NCBI RefSeq assembly: GCF_003334405.1
Contig: NZ_QOWM01000005.1
Direction: 5' to 3' (one strand)
Origin: Escherichia coli
Lineage (GTDB): Bacteria > Pseudomonadota > Gammaproteobacteria > Enterobacterales > Enterobacteriaceae
Length of the DNA stretch: 64,000 nucleotides
Shown here: positions 1-10,622 of the stretch, one piece after another
How positions within the stretch are numbered: the first letter of the stretch is position 1
Layout of the letters: each line of letters opens with the position of its first letter
The notes under the pieces: generated by a model
Databases searched by the model: none
What the model saw: only the letters and a program-made list of their open reading frames with translations
What the model was told of the DNA's origin: nothing
Program-made: the position numbers and the translations under genes

Positions 1-278
1 TCTACGACTTCTTTATGAACTACGGCAAAACGCCGGAAGAAAAAGCGGTGCTGGAACGCCTGGGCTGGGCGCCATTCCGCGCTTCCAGCGACCTGCAACT
101 GGTGCCGATTCGCCAGCTCGCGCTGTTTAAAGAGATGCAGGGCGTGAAAAGCAATAAAGGACTGAATGAGCAGGACAAGCTGGCAAAAACCACCGAGATT
201 CAGGCGCAGCTGGATGACCTGGACCGCCTGAACAACGCGCTAAGCGCGATGAGTTCGGTGAGTAAAGCGGTGCAGTAA
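1..278 (+). CDS. phnD: Phosphonate ABC transporter periplasmic binding protein PhnD, C-terminal part (5' end lies outside window)
   Basis: Frame open from window edge to TAA at 276-278; translation ends ...LSAMSSVSKAVQ, recognised as PhnD C-terminus; followed by REP and phnE. Confidence 0.85.
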   Translation, partial: YDFFMNYGKTPEEKAVLERLGWAPFRASSDLQLVPIRQLALFKEMQGVKSNKGLNEQDKLAKTTEIQAQLDDLDRLNNALSAMSSVSKAVQ

Positions 279-280
279 AT

Positions 281-370
281 CGTAGGTCGGATAAGACGCC
301 CCGGCGTCGCATCCGACAATGTGCAGGCGTTGATGCCGGATGCGGTGCAAGCACCTTATCCGGCCTACAG
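281..370. repeat. REP/BIME element (two inverted REP units)
   Basis: Sequences cgtaggtcggataagacgc...gcgtcgcatccgaca and gccggatgcgg...ccttatccggcctac, the canonical E. coli REP palindromes, in intergenic phnD-phnE. Confidence 0.85.
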
Positions 371-383
371 ACCGGAGCCAAAC

Positions 384-1171
384 ATGCAAACCATCACCAT
401 CGCCCCACCCAAGCGCAGCTGGTTCTCGCTTCTGAGCTGGGCCGTTGTACTCGCCGTGTTGGTCGTCTCGTGGCAGGGCGCGGAAATGGCCCCGCTTACG
501 CTGATCAAAGACGGCGGCAACATGGCGACGTTCGCCGCCGACTTCTTCCCGCCCGATTTCAGCCAGTGGCAGGATTACCTCACCGAAATGGCCGTCACGC
601 TGCAAATCGCCGTCTGGGGCACCGCGCTGGCGGTGGTTCTCTCCATCCCCTTTGGCCTGATGAGCGCCGAAAACCTGGTGCCGTGGTGGGTTTACCAGCC
701 CGTTCGCCGCCTGATGGACGCCTGCCGCGCCATTAACGAAATGGTCTTCGCCATGCTGTTCGTGGTCGCCGTCGGCCTCGGCCCGTTCGCTGGCGTGCTG
801 GCGTGCTGGCGCTGTTTATCCACACCACCGGCGTGCTCTCCAAGCTGCTTTCCGAAGCGGTGGAAGCGATTGAACCCGGCCCGGTGGAAGGCATTCGCGC
901 CACCGGTGCCAACAAGCTCGAAGAGATCCTCTACGGCGTGCTGCCACAGGTGATGCCACTGCTGATCTCCTACTCCCTCTATCGCTTCGAATCCAACGTC
1001 CGCTCGGCGACCGTCGTCGGCATGGTCGGCGCAGGCGGGATCGGCGTCACCCTGTGGGAAGCGATTCGCGGTTTCCAGTTCCAACAAACCTGCGCCCTGA
1101 TGGTGCTTATCATCGTCACGGTCAGCCTGCTGGATTTCCTCTCTCAACGGTTGCGTAAGCACTTTATCTGA
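384..1171 (+). pseudogene. phnE: Phosphonate ABC transporter permease PhnE, disrupted by frameshift (8-bp tandem duplication at 789-812)
   Basis: ATG at 384 ([19 protein letters not shown]...) reads in one frame to ~805, continuation ([15 protein letters not shown]...QRLRKHFI) is in the frame of ORF 803..1171; three copies of GCTGGCG(T/C) at the junction. Confidence 0.85.
789..812. repeat. 8-bp tandem direct repeat gctggcgt/gctggcgt/gctggcgc causing the phnE frameshift
   Basis: Read directly: 789-796, 797-804 identical, 805-812 one mismatch; deleting one unit joins the two phnE reading frames. Confidence 0.9.
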
Positions 1172-1191
1172 TAAGCGAGGCATTGATATCT

Positions 1192-1917
1192 ATGCACTTG
1201 TCTACACATCCGACCAGCTACCCAACACGCTATCAAGAGATAGCCGCAAAACTTGAGCAGGAGCTTCGTCAACACTACCGCTGCGGCGACTATCTTCCCG
1301 CCGAGCAGCAACTGGCAGCGCGCTTTGAGGTGAATCGCCACACCCTGCGCCGCGCCATCGACCAACTGGTGGAAAAAGGCTGGGTACAGCGCCGTCAGGG
1401 CGTCGGCGTGCTGGTGCTGATGCGCCCGTTCGATTACCCGCTCAACGCCCAGGCGCGTTTTAGCCAGAATCTGCTGGATCAGGGCAGCCATCCCACCAGC
1501 GAAAAACTGCTTTCGGTATTGCGCCCCGCGTCCGGCCACGTCGCTGACGCACTGGGGATTACCGAGGGGGAGAACGTCATCCACCTGCGCACCCTGCGTC
1601 GTGTCAACGGCGTCGCGCTCTGTTTAATCGACCACTACTTCGCGGACCTCACCCTCTGGCCGACGCTGCAACGCTTCGACAGCGGCTCGCTGCACGATTT
1701 TCTGCGCGAGCAAACCGGAATTGCGCTGCGCCGCAGCCAGACGCGGATCAGCGCCCGCCGCGCCCAGGCCAAAGAGTGCCAGCGTCTTGAAATCCCGAAT
1801 ATGTCGCCGCTGCTGTGCGTGCGCACCCTTAACCACCGTGACGGTGAAAGCAGCCCGGCGGAGTACTCCGTCAGCCTGACGCGCGCCGACATGATTGAAT
1901 TCACTATGGAGCACTGA
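1192..1917 (+). CDS. phnF: GntR-family transcriptional repressor of the phn operon
   Basis: ORF 1183..1917 trimmed to first ATG (MHLSTHPTSYPTRYQEIAAKLEQ...), 241 aa; GntR-type wHTH N-terminus. Confidence 0.92.
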   Translation: MHLSTHPTSYPTRYQEIAAKLEQELRQHYRCGDYLPAEQQLAARFEVNRHTLRRAIDQLVEKGWVQRRQGVGVLVLMRPFDYPLNAQARFSQNLLDQGSHPTSEKLLSVLRPASGHVADALGITEGENVIHLRTLRRVNGVALCLIDHYFADLTLWPTLQRFDSGSLHDFLREQTGIALRRSQTRISARRAQAKECQRLEIPNMSPLLCVRTLNHRDGESSPAEYSVSLTRADMIEFTMEH

Positions 1918-2370
1918 ATGCACGCAGATACCGCGACCCGCCAGCACTGGATGTCCGTGCTGGCGCACAGCCAACCGGCTGAACTGGCAGCACGCCTGAA
2001 CGCGCTAAACATCACCGCCGACTATGAGGTGATCCGCGCCGCTGAAACTGGCCTGGTACAGATTCAGGCGCGGATGGGCGGCACCGGCGAACGTTTTTTT
2101 GCCGGCGACGCCACGCTGACCCGCGCCGCCGTGCGCCTGACTGACGGCACGCTCGGCTACAGCTGGGTGCAGGGGCGTGATAAACAGCACGCCGAACGCT
2201 GCGCGCTGATTGACGCGCTGATGCAGCAATCTCGCCACTTTCAAAACTTATCAGAAACCCTTATTGCCCCGCTGGACGCTGACCGTATGGCACGCATTGC
2301 CGCACGCCAGGCCGAAGTGAACGCCAGCCGGGTCGACTTCTTTACGATGGTTCGCGGAGACAACGCATGA
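1918..2370 (+). CDS. phnG: C-P lyase core complex subunit PhnG
   Basis: 150-aa ORF, ATG immediately after phnF stop; recognised PhnG sequence. Confidence 0.93.
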
Positions 2371-2951
2371 CCCTGGAAACCGCTTTTATGCTTCCCGTGC
2401 AGGATGCCCAGCACAGTTTTCGTCGCCTGTTAAAGGCCATGAGCGAGCCGGGCGTGATTGTCGCCCTGCATCAGCTCAAACGCGGCTGGCAACCGCTGAA
2501 TATCGCCACCACCAGCGTGCTGCTGACGCTGGCCGATAACGACACGCCGGTGTGGCTTTCTACCCCATTAAATAACGATATCGTCAACCAGAGCCTGCGT
2601 TTTCATACCAACGCGCCGCTGGTCAGCCAGCCGGAACAGGCGACCTTCGCGGTGACGGATGAGGCGATTTCCAGCGAACAGCTCAACGCCCTTTCCACCG
2701 GCACCGCCGTTGCGCCGGAAGCGGGTGCGACGCTGATTTTACAGGTCGCCAGCCTGAGCGGCGGACGCATGTTGCGCCTTACTGGTGCGGGTATTGCCGA
2801 AGAACGAATGATCGCTCCGCAGCTGCCGGAGTGCATTCTGCACGAACTCACCGAGCGCCCGCATCCGTTCCCGCTCGGCATCGACCTGATCCTGACCTGT
2901 GGCGAGCGCCTGCTGGCTATTCCGCGAACCACTCATGTGGAGGTGTGCTGA
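2367..2951 (+). CDS. phnH: C-P lyase core complex subunit PhnH
   Basis: 194-aa ORF overlapping phnG stop by 4 bp (ATGA). Confidence 0.93.
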
Positions 2952-4015
2952 TGTACGTTGCCGTGAAAGGGGGCGAGAAGGCGATCGACGCCGCCCACGC
3001 CCTGCAAGAGAGCCGACGCCGAGGCGATACCGATTTGCCCGAACTGAGCGTCGCCCAGATTGAACAGCAGCTTAACCTCGCGGTAGATCGCGTGATGACC
3101 GAAGGCGGCATTGCCGACCGCGAACTGGCGGCGCTGGCGCTGAAACAGGCCAGCGGCGATAACGTTGAAGCGATTTTCCTGCTGCGCGCCTACCGCACCA
3201 CGTTGGCGAAGCTGGCGGTAAGCGAGCCGCTCGACACCACCGGGATGCGTCTCGAACGCCGTATCTCCGCCGTTTATAAAGACATTCCCGGCGGCCAGCT
3301 GCTTGGCCCAACCTACGACTACACCCATCGCCTGCTCGATTTTACCCTGCTGGCAAACGGCGAAGCGCCGACGCTGACCACCGCCGACAGCGAACAGCAG
3401 CCGTCGCCGCACGTTTTCAGCCTGCTGGCGCGTCAGGGGCTGGCGAAGTTTGAAGAGGATAGCGGCGCACAGCCGGATGACATCACCCGCACGCCGCCGG
3501 TTTACCCCTGCTCACGCTCCTCCCGTTTGCAGCAGTTGATGCGCGGCGACGAAGGCTATTTGCTGGCGCTGGCCTACTCCACCCAACGCGGTTACGGGCG
3601 CAATCACCCGTTCGCAGGCGAGATCCGCAGCGGCTATATCGACGTGTCGATTGTGCCGGAAGAGCTGGGATTTGCGGTGAACGTCGGCGAACTGCTGATG
3701 ACTGAGTGTGAAATGGTTAACGGTTTTATCGACCCGCCGGGTGAGCCGCCGCACTTCACGCGCGGCTACGGGCTGGTGTTCGGCATGAGCGAGCGCAAAG
3801 CGATGGCGATGGCGCTGGTCGACCGCGCTCTGCAAGCCCCGGAGTACGGCGAGCACGCGACAGGCCCGGCGCAGGATGAAGAGTTCGTGCTGGCACATGC
3901 CGACAACGTCGAAGCCGCAGGCTTTGTCTCACACCTCAAACTCCCCCACTACGTCGATTTCCAGGCCGAACTGGAGCTACTCAAACGTCTGCAACAGGAG
4001 CAGAACCATGGCTAA
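2951..4015 (+). CDS. phnI: C-P lyase core complex subunit PhnI
   Basis: ORF 2831..4015 trimmed to ATG at 2951 ([16 protein letters not shown]...), 354 aa; overlaps phnH stop (TGATG). Confidence 0.92.
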   Translation: MYVAVKGGEKAIDAAHALQESRRRGDTDLPELSVAQIEQQLNLAVDRVMTEGGIADRELAALALKQASGDNVEAIFLLRAYRTTLAKLAVSEPLDTTGMRLERRISAVYKDIPGGQLLGPTYDYTHRLLDFTLLANGEAPTLTTADSEQQPSPHVFSLLARQGLAKFEEDSGAQPDDITRTPPVYPCSRSSRLQQLMRGDEGYLLALAYSTQRGYGRNHPFAGEIRSGYIDVSIVPEELGFAVNVGELLMTECEMVNGFIDPPGEPPHFTRGYGLVFGMSERKAMAMALVDRALQAPEYGEHATGPAQDEEFVLAHADNVEAAGFVSHLKLPHYVDFQAELELLKRLQQEQNHG

Positions 4016-4853
4016 TCTGAGCGGCTACAACTTTGCCTACCTCGACGAGCAGACCAAACGCATGATCCGCCGCGCCATCTTAAAAGCGGTGGCGATCCCC
4101 GGTTATCAGGTGCCGTTTGGCGGGCGCGAGATGCCGATGCCGTACGGCTGGGGAACCGGCGGCATTCAGCTTACCGCCAGCGTGATTGGCGAAAGCGACG
4201 TGCTGAAGGTGATTGACCAGGGCGCGGATGACACCACCAACGCCGTGTCGATTCGCAACTTCTTCAAGCGCGTGACCGGGGTAAACACCACGGAACGTAC
4301 GGACGATGCGACGGTTATCCAGACGCGTCACCGCATCCCCGAAACGCCGCTGACCGAAGATCAGATAATTATCTTCCAGGTGCCAATCCCCGAGCCGCTG
4401 CGCTTTATCGAGCCGCGCGAAACGGAAACCCGCACCATGCACGCGCTGGAAGAGTACGGCGTGATGCAGGTGAAACTGTATGAAGATATCGCCCGCTTCG
4501 GTCATATCGCCACCACCTACGCCTATCCGGTGAAGGTAAATGGGCGCTACGTGATGGACCCGTCGCCGATCCCGAAATTCGATAACCCAAAAATGGACAT
4601 GATGCCCGCCCTGCAACTGTTCGGCGCGGGGCGCGAGAAGCGCATCTATGCGGTGCCGCCGTTTACCCGCGTGGAAAGTCTCGATTTCGACGATCACCCG
4701 TTCACCGTTCAGCAGTGGGATGAGCCATGCGCCATCTGCGGATCGACCCACAGCTATCTTGATGAAGTGGTGCTGGATGACGCCGGAAACCGCATGTTTG
4801 TCTGCTCCGATACCGATTATTGCCGCCAACAGAGCGAGGCAAAAAACCAATGA
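4008..4853 (+). CDS. phnJ: C-P lyase PhnJ (radical SAM-type C-P bond cleaving subunit)
   Basis: ORF 3876..4853 trimmed to ATG at 4008 (MANLSGYNFAYLDEQTK...), 281 aa; C-terminal CX2CX21CX5C cysteine cluster. Confidence 0.92.
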   Translation: MANLSGYNFAYLDEQTKRMIRRAILKAVAIPGYQVPFGGREMPMPYGWGTGGIQLTASVIGESDVLKVIDQGADDTTNAVSIRNFFKRVTGVNTTERTDDATVIQTRHRIPETPLTEDQIIIFQVPIPEPLRFIEPRETETRTMHALEEYGVMQVKLYEDIARFGHIATTYAYPVKVNGRYVMDPSPIPKFDNPKMDMMPALQLFGAGREKRIYAVPPFTRVESLDFDDHPFTVQQWDEPCAICGSTHSYLDEVVLDDAGNRMFVCSDTDYCRQQSEAKNQ

Positions 4854-5608
4854 ATCAACCGTTACTTTCGGTCAATAACCTGACCCACCTTTACGCGCCG
4901 GGCAAAGGCTTTAGCGATGTCTCTTTTGATTTATGGCCGGGGGAAGTGCTGGGCATTGTCGGGGAATCCGGCTCCGGGAAGACCACGCTGCTGAAGTCGA
5001 TCTCCGCGCGCCTGACGCCGCAGCAGGGGGAAATTCACTACGAGAACCGTTCGCTGTATGCAATGAGCGAGGCCGACCGCCGTCGCCTGCTGCGTACCGA
5101 ATGGGGCGTGGTGCATCAGCATCCACTCGACGGCCTGCGCCGCCAGGTGTCGGCGGGCGGCAATATCGGCGAGCGGCTGATGGCGACCGGGGCACGTCAT
5201 TACGGCGATATTCGTGCCACCGCGCAGAAGTGGCTGGAAGAGGTGGAGATTCCCGCCAACCGGATCGACGACCTGCCGACCACCTTTTCCGGCGGTATGC
5301 AGCAGCGTTTGCAGATTGCCCGCAACCTGGTGACGCATCCGAAGCTGGTGTTTATGGATGAACCGACCGGCGGGCTGGATGTGTCGGTGCAGGCCCGCCT
5401 GCTCGACCTGCTGCGCGGCCTGGTGGTGGAGCTGAACCTCGCGGTGGTGATTGTCACCCATGATTTAGGCGTCGCCCGCCTGCTGGCGGACCGTTTGCTG
5501 GTGATGAAGCAGGGGCAAGTGGTGGAGAGTGGGTTAACCGACCGCGTGCTCGACGACCCGCATCATCCGTATACACAGCTGCTGGTGTCATCGGTTTTGC
5601 AGAATTGA
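4850..5608 (+). CDS. phnK: ABC-type ATPase-like C-P lyase accessory protein PhnK
   Basis: ORF 4820..5608 trimmed to ATG 4850 ([15 protein letters not shown]...), 252 aa; Walker [10 protein letters not shown]. Confidence 0.92.
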
Positions 5609-5610
5609 GC

Positions 5611-5700
<90 letters not shown>

Positions 5701-5718
5701 CGAACCACGAGGCGAAAA

Positions 5719-6399
5719 ATGATTAACGTACAAAACGTCAGTAAAACCTTCATCCTGCACCAGCAAAACGGCGTGCGCCTGCCCGTCCTCAATCGCGCCT
5801 CGCTCACCGTCAACGCGGGCGAATGCGTGGTGCTCCACGGCCATTCCGGCAGCGGCAAATCAACTCTGCTACGCTCGCTGTACGCCAACTATCTGCCCGA
5901 CGAAGGTCAAATCCAGATCAAACACGGTGACGAGTGGGTAGACCTGGTCACCGCGCCAGCGCGCAAAGTGGTGGAAATCCGCAAAACCACCGTCGGCTGG
6001 GTGAGCCAGTTTCTGCGCGTCATCCCGCGTATCTCAGCACTGGAAGTGGTGATGCAGCCGCTGCTCGATACCGGCGTTCCGCGTGAAGCCTGCGCCGCTA
6101 AAGCCGCGCGTCTTCTCACCCGCCTGAACGTGCCGGAACGCCTGTGGCACCTGGCACCATCGACATTTTCCGGTGGCGAACAGCAGCGCGTCAACATCGC
6201 CCGCGGCTTTATCGTCGACTACCCCATTCTGCTGCTTGACGAACCTACCGCCTCGCTGGACGCCAAAAACAGCGCCGCGGTGGTGGAACTGATTCGCGAA
6301 GCCAAAACCCGTGGCGCAGCCATCGTAGGCATCTTCCATGACGAAGCTGTACGTAATGACGTCGCCGACCGCCTGCACCCAATGGGAGCCTCTTCATGA
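5719..6399 (+). CDS. phnL: ABC-type ATPase-like C-P lyase accessory protein PhnL
   Basis: ORF 5605..6399 trimmed to ATG 5719 ([15 protein letters not shown]...), 226 aa; Walker [10 protein letters not shown]; upstream part of ORF is REP sequence. Confidence 0.92.
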
Positions 6400-7532
6400 T
6401 TATCAATAACGTTAAGCTGGTGCTGGAAAACGAGGTGGTAAGCGGTTCGCTGGAGGTGCAGAACGGCGAAATCCGCGCCTTTGCCGAAAGCCAGAGCCGC
6501 CTGCCGGAGGCGATGGACGGCGAAGGCGGCTGGCTGCTGCCGGGGCTGATTGAGCTGCATACCGATAATCTGGATAAATTCTTCACCCCGCGCCCGAAAG
6601 TTGACTGGCCTGCCCACTCGGCGATGAGCAGCCACGACGCGCTGATGGTGGCGAGCGGCATCACCACCGTACTGGATGCCGTGGCAATTGGCGACGTGCG
6701 CGACGGCGGCGATCGGCTGGAGAATCTGGAGAAGATGATCAACGCCATCGAAGAGACGCAGAAACGCGGCGTCAACCGCGCCGAGCACCGTCTGCATCTG
6801 CGCTGCGAACTGCCGCATCACACCACGCTGCCGCTGTTTGAAAAACTGGTGCAGCGCGAGCCGGTGACGCTGGTGTCGCTGATGGACCACTCGCCGGGCC
6901 AGCGCCAGTTCGCCAACCGCGAGAAGTATCGCGAATATTATCAGGGCAAATACTCCCTCACTGATGCGCAGATGCAGCAGTACGAAGAAGAGCAACTGGC
7001 GCTCGCCGCACGCTGGTCGCAGCCGAATCGCGAATCCATCGCCGCCCTGTGCCGCGCGCGAAAAATTGCGCTTGCCAGCCACGATGACGCCACCCACGCC
7101 CACGTTGCTGAATCTCACCAGCTTGGCAGCGTGATCGCCGAATTTCCCACCACGTTCGAAGCGGCGGAAGCCTCGCGCAAGCATGGCATGAACGTGCTGA
7201 TGGGCGCGCCGAATATTGTGCGCGGCGGCTCGCACTCCGGCAACGTGGCGGCCAGTGAACTGGCGCAGCTTGGCCTGCTGGATATCCTCTCTTCCGACTA
7301 CTACCCCGCCAGCCTGCTCGATGCGGCATTTCGCGTCGCCGATGACCAGAGCAACCGCTTTACGCTGCCGCAGGCGGTGAAGCTGGTGACTAAAAATCCA
7401 GCGCAGGCGCTTAATCTCCAGGATCGCGGGGTGATTGGCGAGGGCAAACGCGCCGACCTGGTGCTGGCGCATCGCAAGGACAATCATATTCATATCGACC
7501 ACGTCTGGCGTCAGGGTAAAAGGGTGTTCTGA
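6396..7532 (+). CDS. phnM: Amidohydrolase-family PhnM (ribose 1-methylphosphonate 5-triphosphate diphosphatase)
   Basis: 378-aa ORF overlapping phnL stop by 4 bp. Confidence 0.93.
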
Positions 7533-8089
7533 TGATGGGAAAACTGATTTGGTTAATGGGGCCGTCCGGCTCCGGGAAAGACAGCCTGCTGGCGGAACTC
7601 CGCCTGCGGGAACAAACTCAGTTACTGGTGGCGCATCGCTACATCACGCGCGATGCCAGCGCCGGAAGTGAAAACCATATCGCCCTGAGCGAGCAGGAGT
7701 TTTTTACCCGCGCGGGGCAAAATCTGTTGGCCTTAAGCTGGCACGCTAACGGTCTGTATTATGGCGTCGGCGTCGAGATTGATCTCTGGCTGCACGCCGG
7801 ATTCGACGTGCTGGTCAACGGCTCACGCGCCCATCTGCCGCAGGCGCGGGCGCGCTATCAATCGGCGCTGCTGCCCGTCTGTTTACAGGTTTCGCCGGAG
7901 ATCCTCCGCCAGCGCCTGGAAAACCGTGGCCGTGAAAACGCCAGTGAAATTAACGCCCGCCTGGCGCGCGCCGCCCGCTATACTCCACAGGATTGCCATA
8001 CGCTCAACAATGACGGCAGCCTGCGCCAGTCGGTCGACACGCTGCTGACGCTGATCCATCAGAAGGAGAAACACCATGCCTGCTTGTGA
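7532..8089 (+). CDS. phnN: Ribose 1,5-bisphosphate phosphokinase PhnN
   Basis: 185-aa ORF, P-loop GPSGSGKDS; overlaps phnM stop. Confidence 0.93.
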
Positions 8090-8510
8090 GCTTCGCCCGG
8101 CCACGCAGTACGACACCGACGCGGTTTACGCGCTGATTTGTGAGCTAAAACAGGCGGAGTTTGACCACCACGCGTTTCGCGTGGGTTTTAACGCCAATCT
8201 GCGCGACCCAAACATGCGCTACCATCTGGCGCTGCTTGATGGCGAAGTTGTCGGCATGATCGGCCTGCATTTGCAGTTTCATCTGCATCATGTCAACTGG
8301 ATCGGCGAAATTCAGGAGTTGGTGGTAATGCCGCAGGCGCGCGGTCTGAACGTCGGCAGTAAGTTACTGGCGTGGGCAGAAGAAGAAGCCCGCCAGGCCG
8401 GGGCCGAAATGACCGAACTTTCGACCAACGTGAAGCGCCACGACGCGCACCGTTTCTATCTGCGCGAAGGCTACGAGCAGAGCCACTTCCGCTTCACCAA
8501 GGCGCTGTAA
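8076..8510 (+). CDS. phnO: GNAT aminoalkylphosphonate N-acetyltransferase PhnO
   Basis: 144-aa ORF overlapping phnN 3' end by 14 bp. Confidence 0.92.
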
Positions 8511-8511
8511 C

Positions 8512-9270
8512 ATGAGCCTGACCCTCACGCTCACCGGCACCGGCGGCGCACAGGGCGTTCCGGCATGGGGCTGCGAGTGTGCGGCCTGCGCCAGAGCGCG
8601 GCGCTCGCCGCAGTATCGCCGCCAACCGTGCAGCGGCGTAGTGAAGTTTAACGACGCAATCACCCTGATCGACGCCGGGCTGCACGATCTCGCCGATCGC
8701 TGGTCGCCCGGATCGTTCCAGCAGTTTTTGCTGACGCATTATCATATGGATCACGTCCAGGGGCTGTTTCCGCTGCGCTGGGGCGTTGGCGATCCGATCC
8801 CGGTTTACGGCCCGCCGGATGAACAGGGCTGCGACGATCTGTTTAAACATCCGGGCCTGCTTGATTTCAGCCACACGGTGGAACCGTTTGTGGTGTTTGA
8901 TTTGCAGGGGTTACAGGTCACGCCCCTGCCGCTCAACCACTCAAAACTGACCTTCGGTTATCTGCTGGAAACGGCACACAGCCGGGTGGCGTGGCTGTCT
9001 GACACCGCAGGCTTGCCGGAAAAAACGCTGAAATTTTTACGCAATAATCAGCCGCAGGTAATGGTGATGGATTGCAGTCACCCGCCGCGCGCGGATGCAC
9101 CGCGTAATCACTGTGATTTAAATACCGTGCTTGCGCTGAATCAGGTTATCCGCTCGCCACGGGTGATTCTGACCCATATCAGCCACCAGTTTGATGCGTG
9201 GCTGATGGAAAACGCACTACCGTCAGGGTTTGAGGTGGGGTTTGATGGGATGGAGATTGGGGTGGCGTGA
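8512..9270 (+). CDS. phnP: Metallo-beta-lactamase-fold phosphodiesterase PhnP
   Basis: 252-aa ORF, HYHMDH motif; last gene of phn operon. Confidence 0.93.
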
Positions 9271-9293
9271 TGAGAGGGAATGTGCGCGCTGGC

Positions 9294-9395
9294 CCCCTCA
9301 CCCTAACCCTCTCCCCAGAGGGGCGAGGGGACCGATTGTGCTCGATATTGAATATTGCGCTCGTTTTCTCCCTCTCCCCATTGGGGTGAGGGGCG
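9294..9395. repeat. Two copies of a GC-rich imperfect palindrome (CCCTCTCCCC-N3/4-GGGG(C/T)GAGGGG), boxC-like; likely convergent terminator region
   Basis: Read directly at 9294-9330 and 9369-9395 between the converging phnP and yjdP stops; family assignment tentative. Confidence 0.5.
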
Positions 9396-9416
9396 ATGCC
9401 TGCTCCATACCCAACC

Positions 9417-9746
9417 TCATCGCCCATACTCATCTTCCATTCTCCGCTCTTCATCCTCCAGTTGCCGACGCTCCTGATCAAGCTGGCGCTGGCGATCGTC
9501 CAGCTGCCTGCGGCGATCTTCAAACTGGCGGCGGCGGTCGTCATATTGTCTGCGCCGATCGTCGCTCACTTCACGCTGCCAGCCGTCGTCGCGCGAATCT
9601 TCATAGTCTCGCCCACGGTCAGGGTTATAAGCGTCATTAATCGCCTGCTGAATATTGCCAATGGTGTCGTCGATAATATCGGCCTGGGCCGGAACGGTGG
9701 ACAGCGTGAGCAGGGTGAATAAAAGAAATAGCGGAAAGCGTTTCAT
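9417..9746 (-). CDS. yjdP: Small secreted low-complexity protein YjdP
   Basis: 109-aa ORF with N-terminal signal peptide and highly charged D/E/R/Q repeats (DDRRRQ..). Confidence 0.8.
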   Translation of the reverse strand: MKRFPLFLLFTLLTLSTVPAQADIIDDTIGNIQQAINDAYNPDRGRDYEDSRDDGWQREVSDDRRRQYDDRRRQFEDRRRQLDDRQRQLDQERRQLEDEERRMEDEYGR

Positions 9747-9814
9747 TAGCCAACCTCAAAAAGAAACTCTATCCACATTAATCATTACTCATCCATGCAA
9801 GTAGTGGATGAATC

Positions 9815-10264
9815 TCAATTTCTCCGCTGCTCTATTGCCGTAATCGCCTCCACGCGTTGTTGATGACGACCGCCTTCGTACTGTGCGCCCAGCCACGCAT
9901 CCACAATCATTTTTGCCAGTTCGAGGCCAACCACTCGTGAACCAAAAGCCAGCACGTTGGTGTCGTTATGCTGCCGCGAAAGTTGCGCGGAATAAGGTTC
10001 GCTACAGACGACCGCGCGAATTCCGGCAAACTTGTTCGCCGCTATCGAAATACCGACGCCAGTACCACAAATCAAAATCCCGCCATCAACCTCTCCGCCA
10101 GCAACAGCCAGTGCGACTTGACTGGCGTAATGTGGATAATCAGTACGCTCTGACGACCAGGTTCCTTTATCAATCACTTCAACGCCACGCTCAACTAAAT
10201 GTGCCACTATTTCATGTTTTAAAATGAAACCGACATGATCACAGCCAAATGCAATCTTTTTCAT
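9815..10264 (-). CDS. rpiB: Ribose-5-phosphate isomerase B / allose-6-phosphate isomerase
   Basis: 149-aa ORF MKKIAFGCDHVGF...; RpiB/LacAB family. Confidence 0.93.
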   Translation of the reverse strand: MKKIAFGCDHVGFILKHEIVAHLVERGVEVIDKGTWSSERTDYPHYASQVALAVAGGEVDGGILICGTGVGISIAANKFAGIRAVVCSEPYSAQLSRQHNDTNVLAFGSRVVGLELAKMIVDAWLGAQYEGGRHQQRVEAITAIEQRRN

Positions 10265-10622
10265 TCATCTTCCCCGTCCGTGCAAAACTTCACAATCAAA
10301 AAACATTTGTGATGTTAATGAATTAAAAACACCCAAAATCGATGAATTACGCCTTCCTGATCTGTTTTACAGAGTTACATCTGACAGCGCAATAGCGTTA
10401 AAGACACTCACCATCCAGCAACATCTATCATCTAAAAAACCAGAAAAACAAATAACATCATGTTTTTAAACTAATTAAATGAAATAAAATTTTAAGCCAC
10501 TCGCCATTGTTCACAATAAAATAAACTTTATAAATTTTATTTTTTTGTGAAGTCGCCAGCATCTTTTCTGTTCTTGCTGTGGTGATATAGTGGCGTCTTC
10601 AATTCAAGGACAAGAGAACGTG

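Noticed and set aside
2831-4015. N-terminally extended ORF-track versions of phnI (2831), phnJ (3876), phnK (4820), phnL (5605), rpiR (10590), alsE (15103), ytcA (19163), nrfG/nrfB/nrfA, pdeC, yjcB (48362), ssb (49440), aphA (54328), tyrB (56430), qor (59163), pspG (60872), dusA, yjbM
   Set aside because: The ORF track extends to the most upstream ATG/GTG/TTG/CTG. The extensions overlap upstream genes or REP elements and lack RBS; trimmed starts match known protein N-termini.
6219-7502. 427-aa minus-strand ORF antisense to phnM, and similar antisense ORFs within phnI/J/K (e.g. 4080..4850, 4931..5461)
   Set aside because: The plus-strand phn genes are recognisable and tightly coupled; the antisense frames are low-complexity Arg/Ala/Gly-rich artefacts of high GC.
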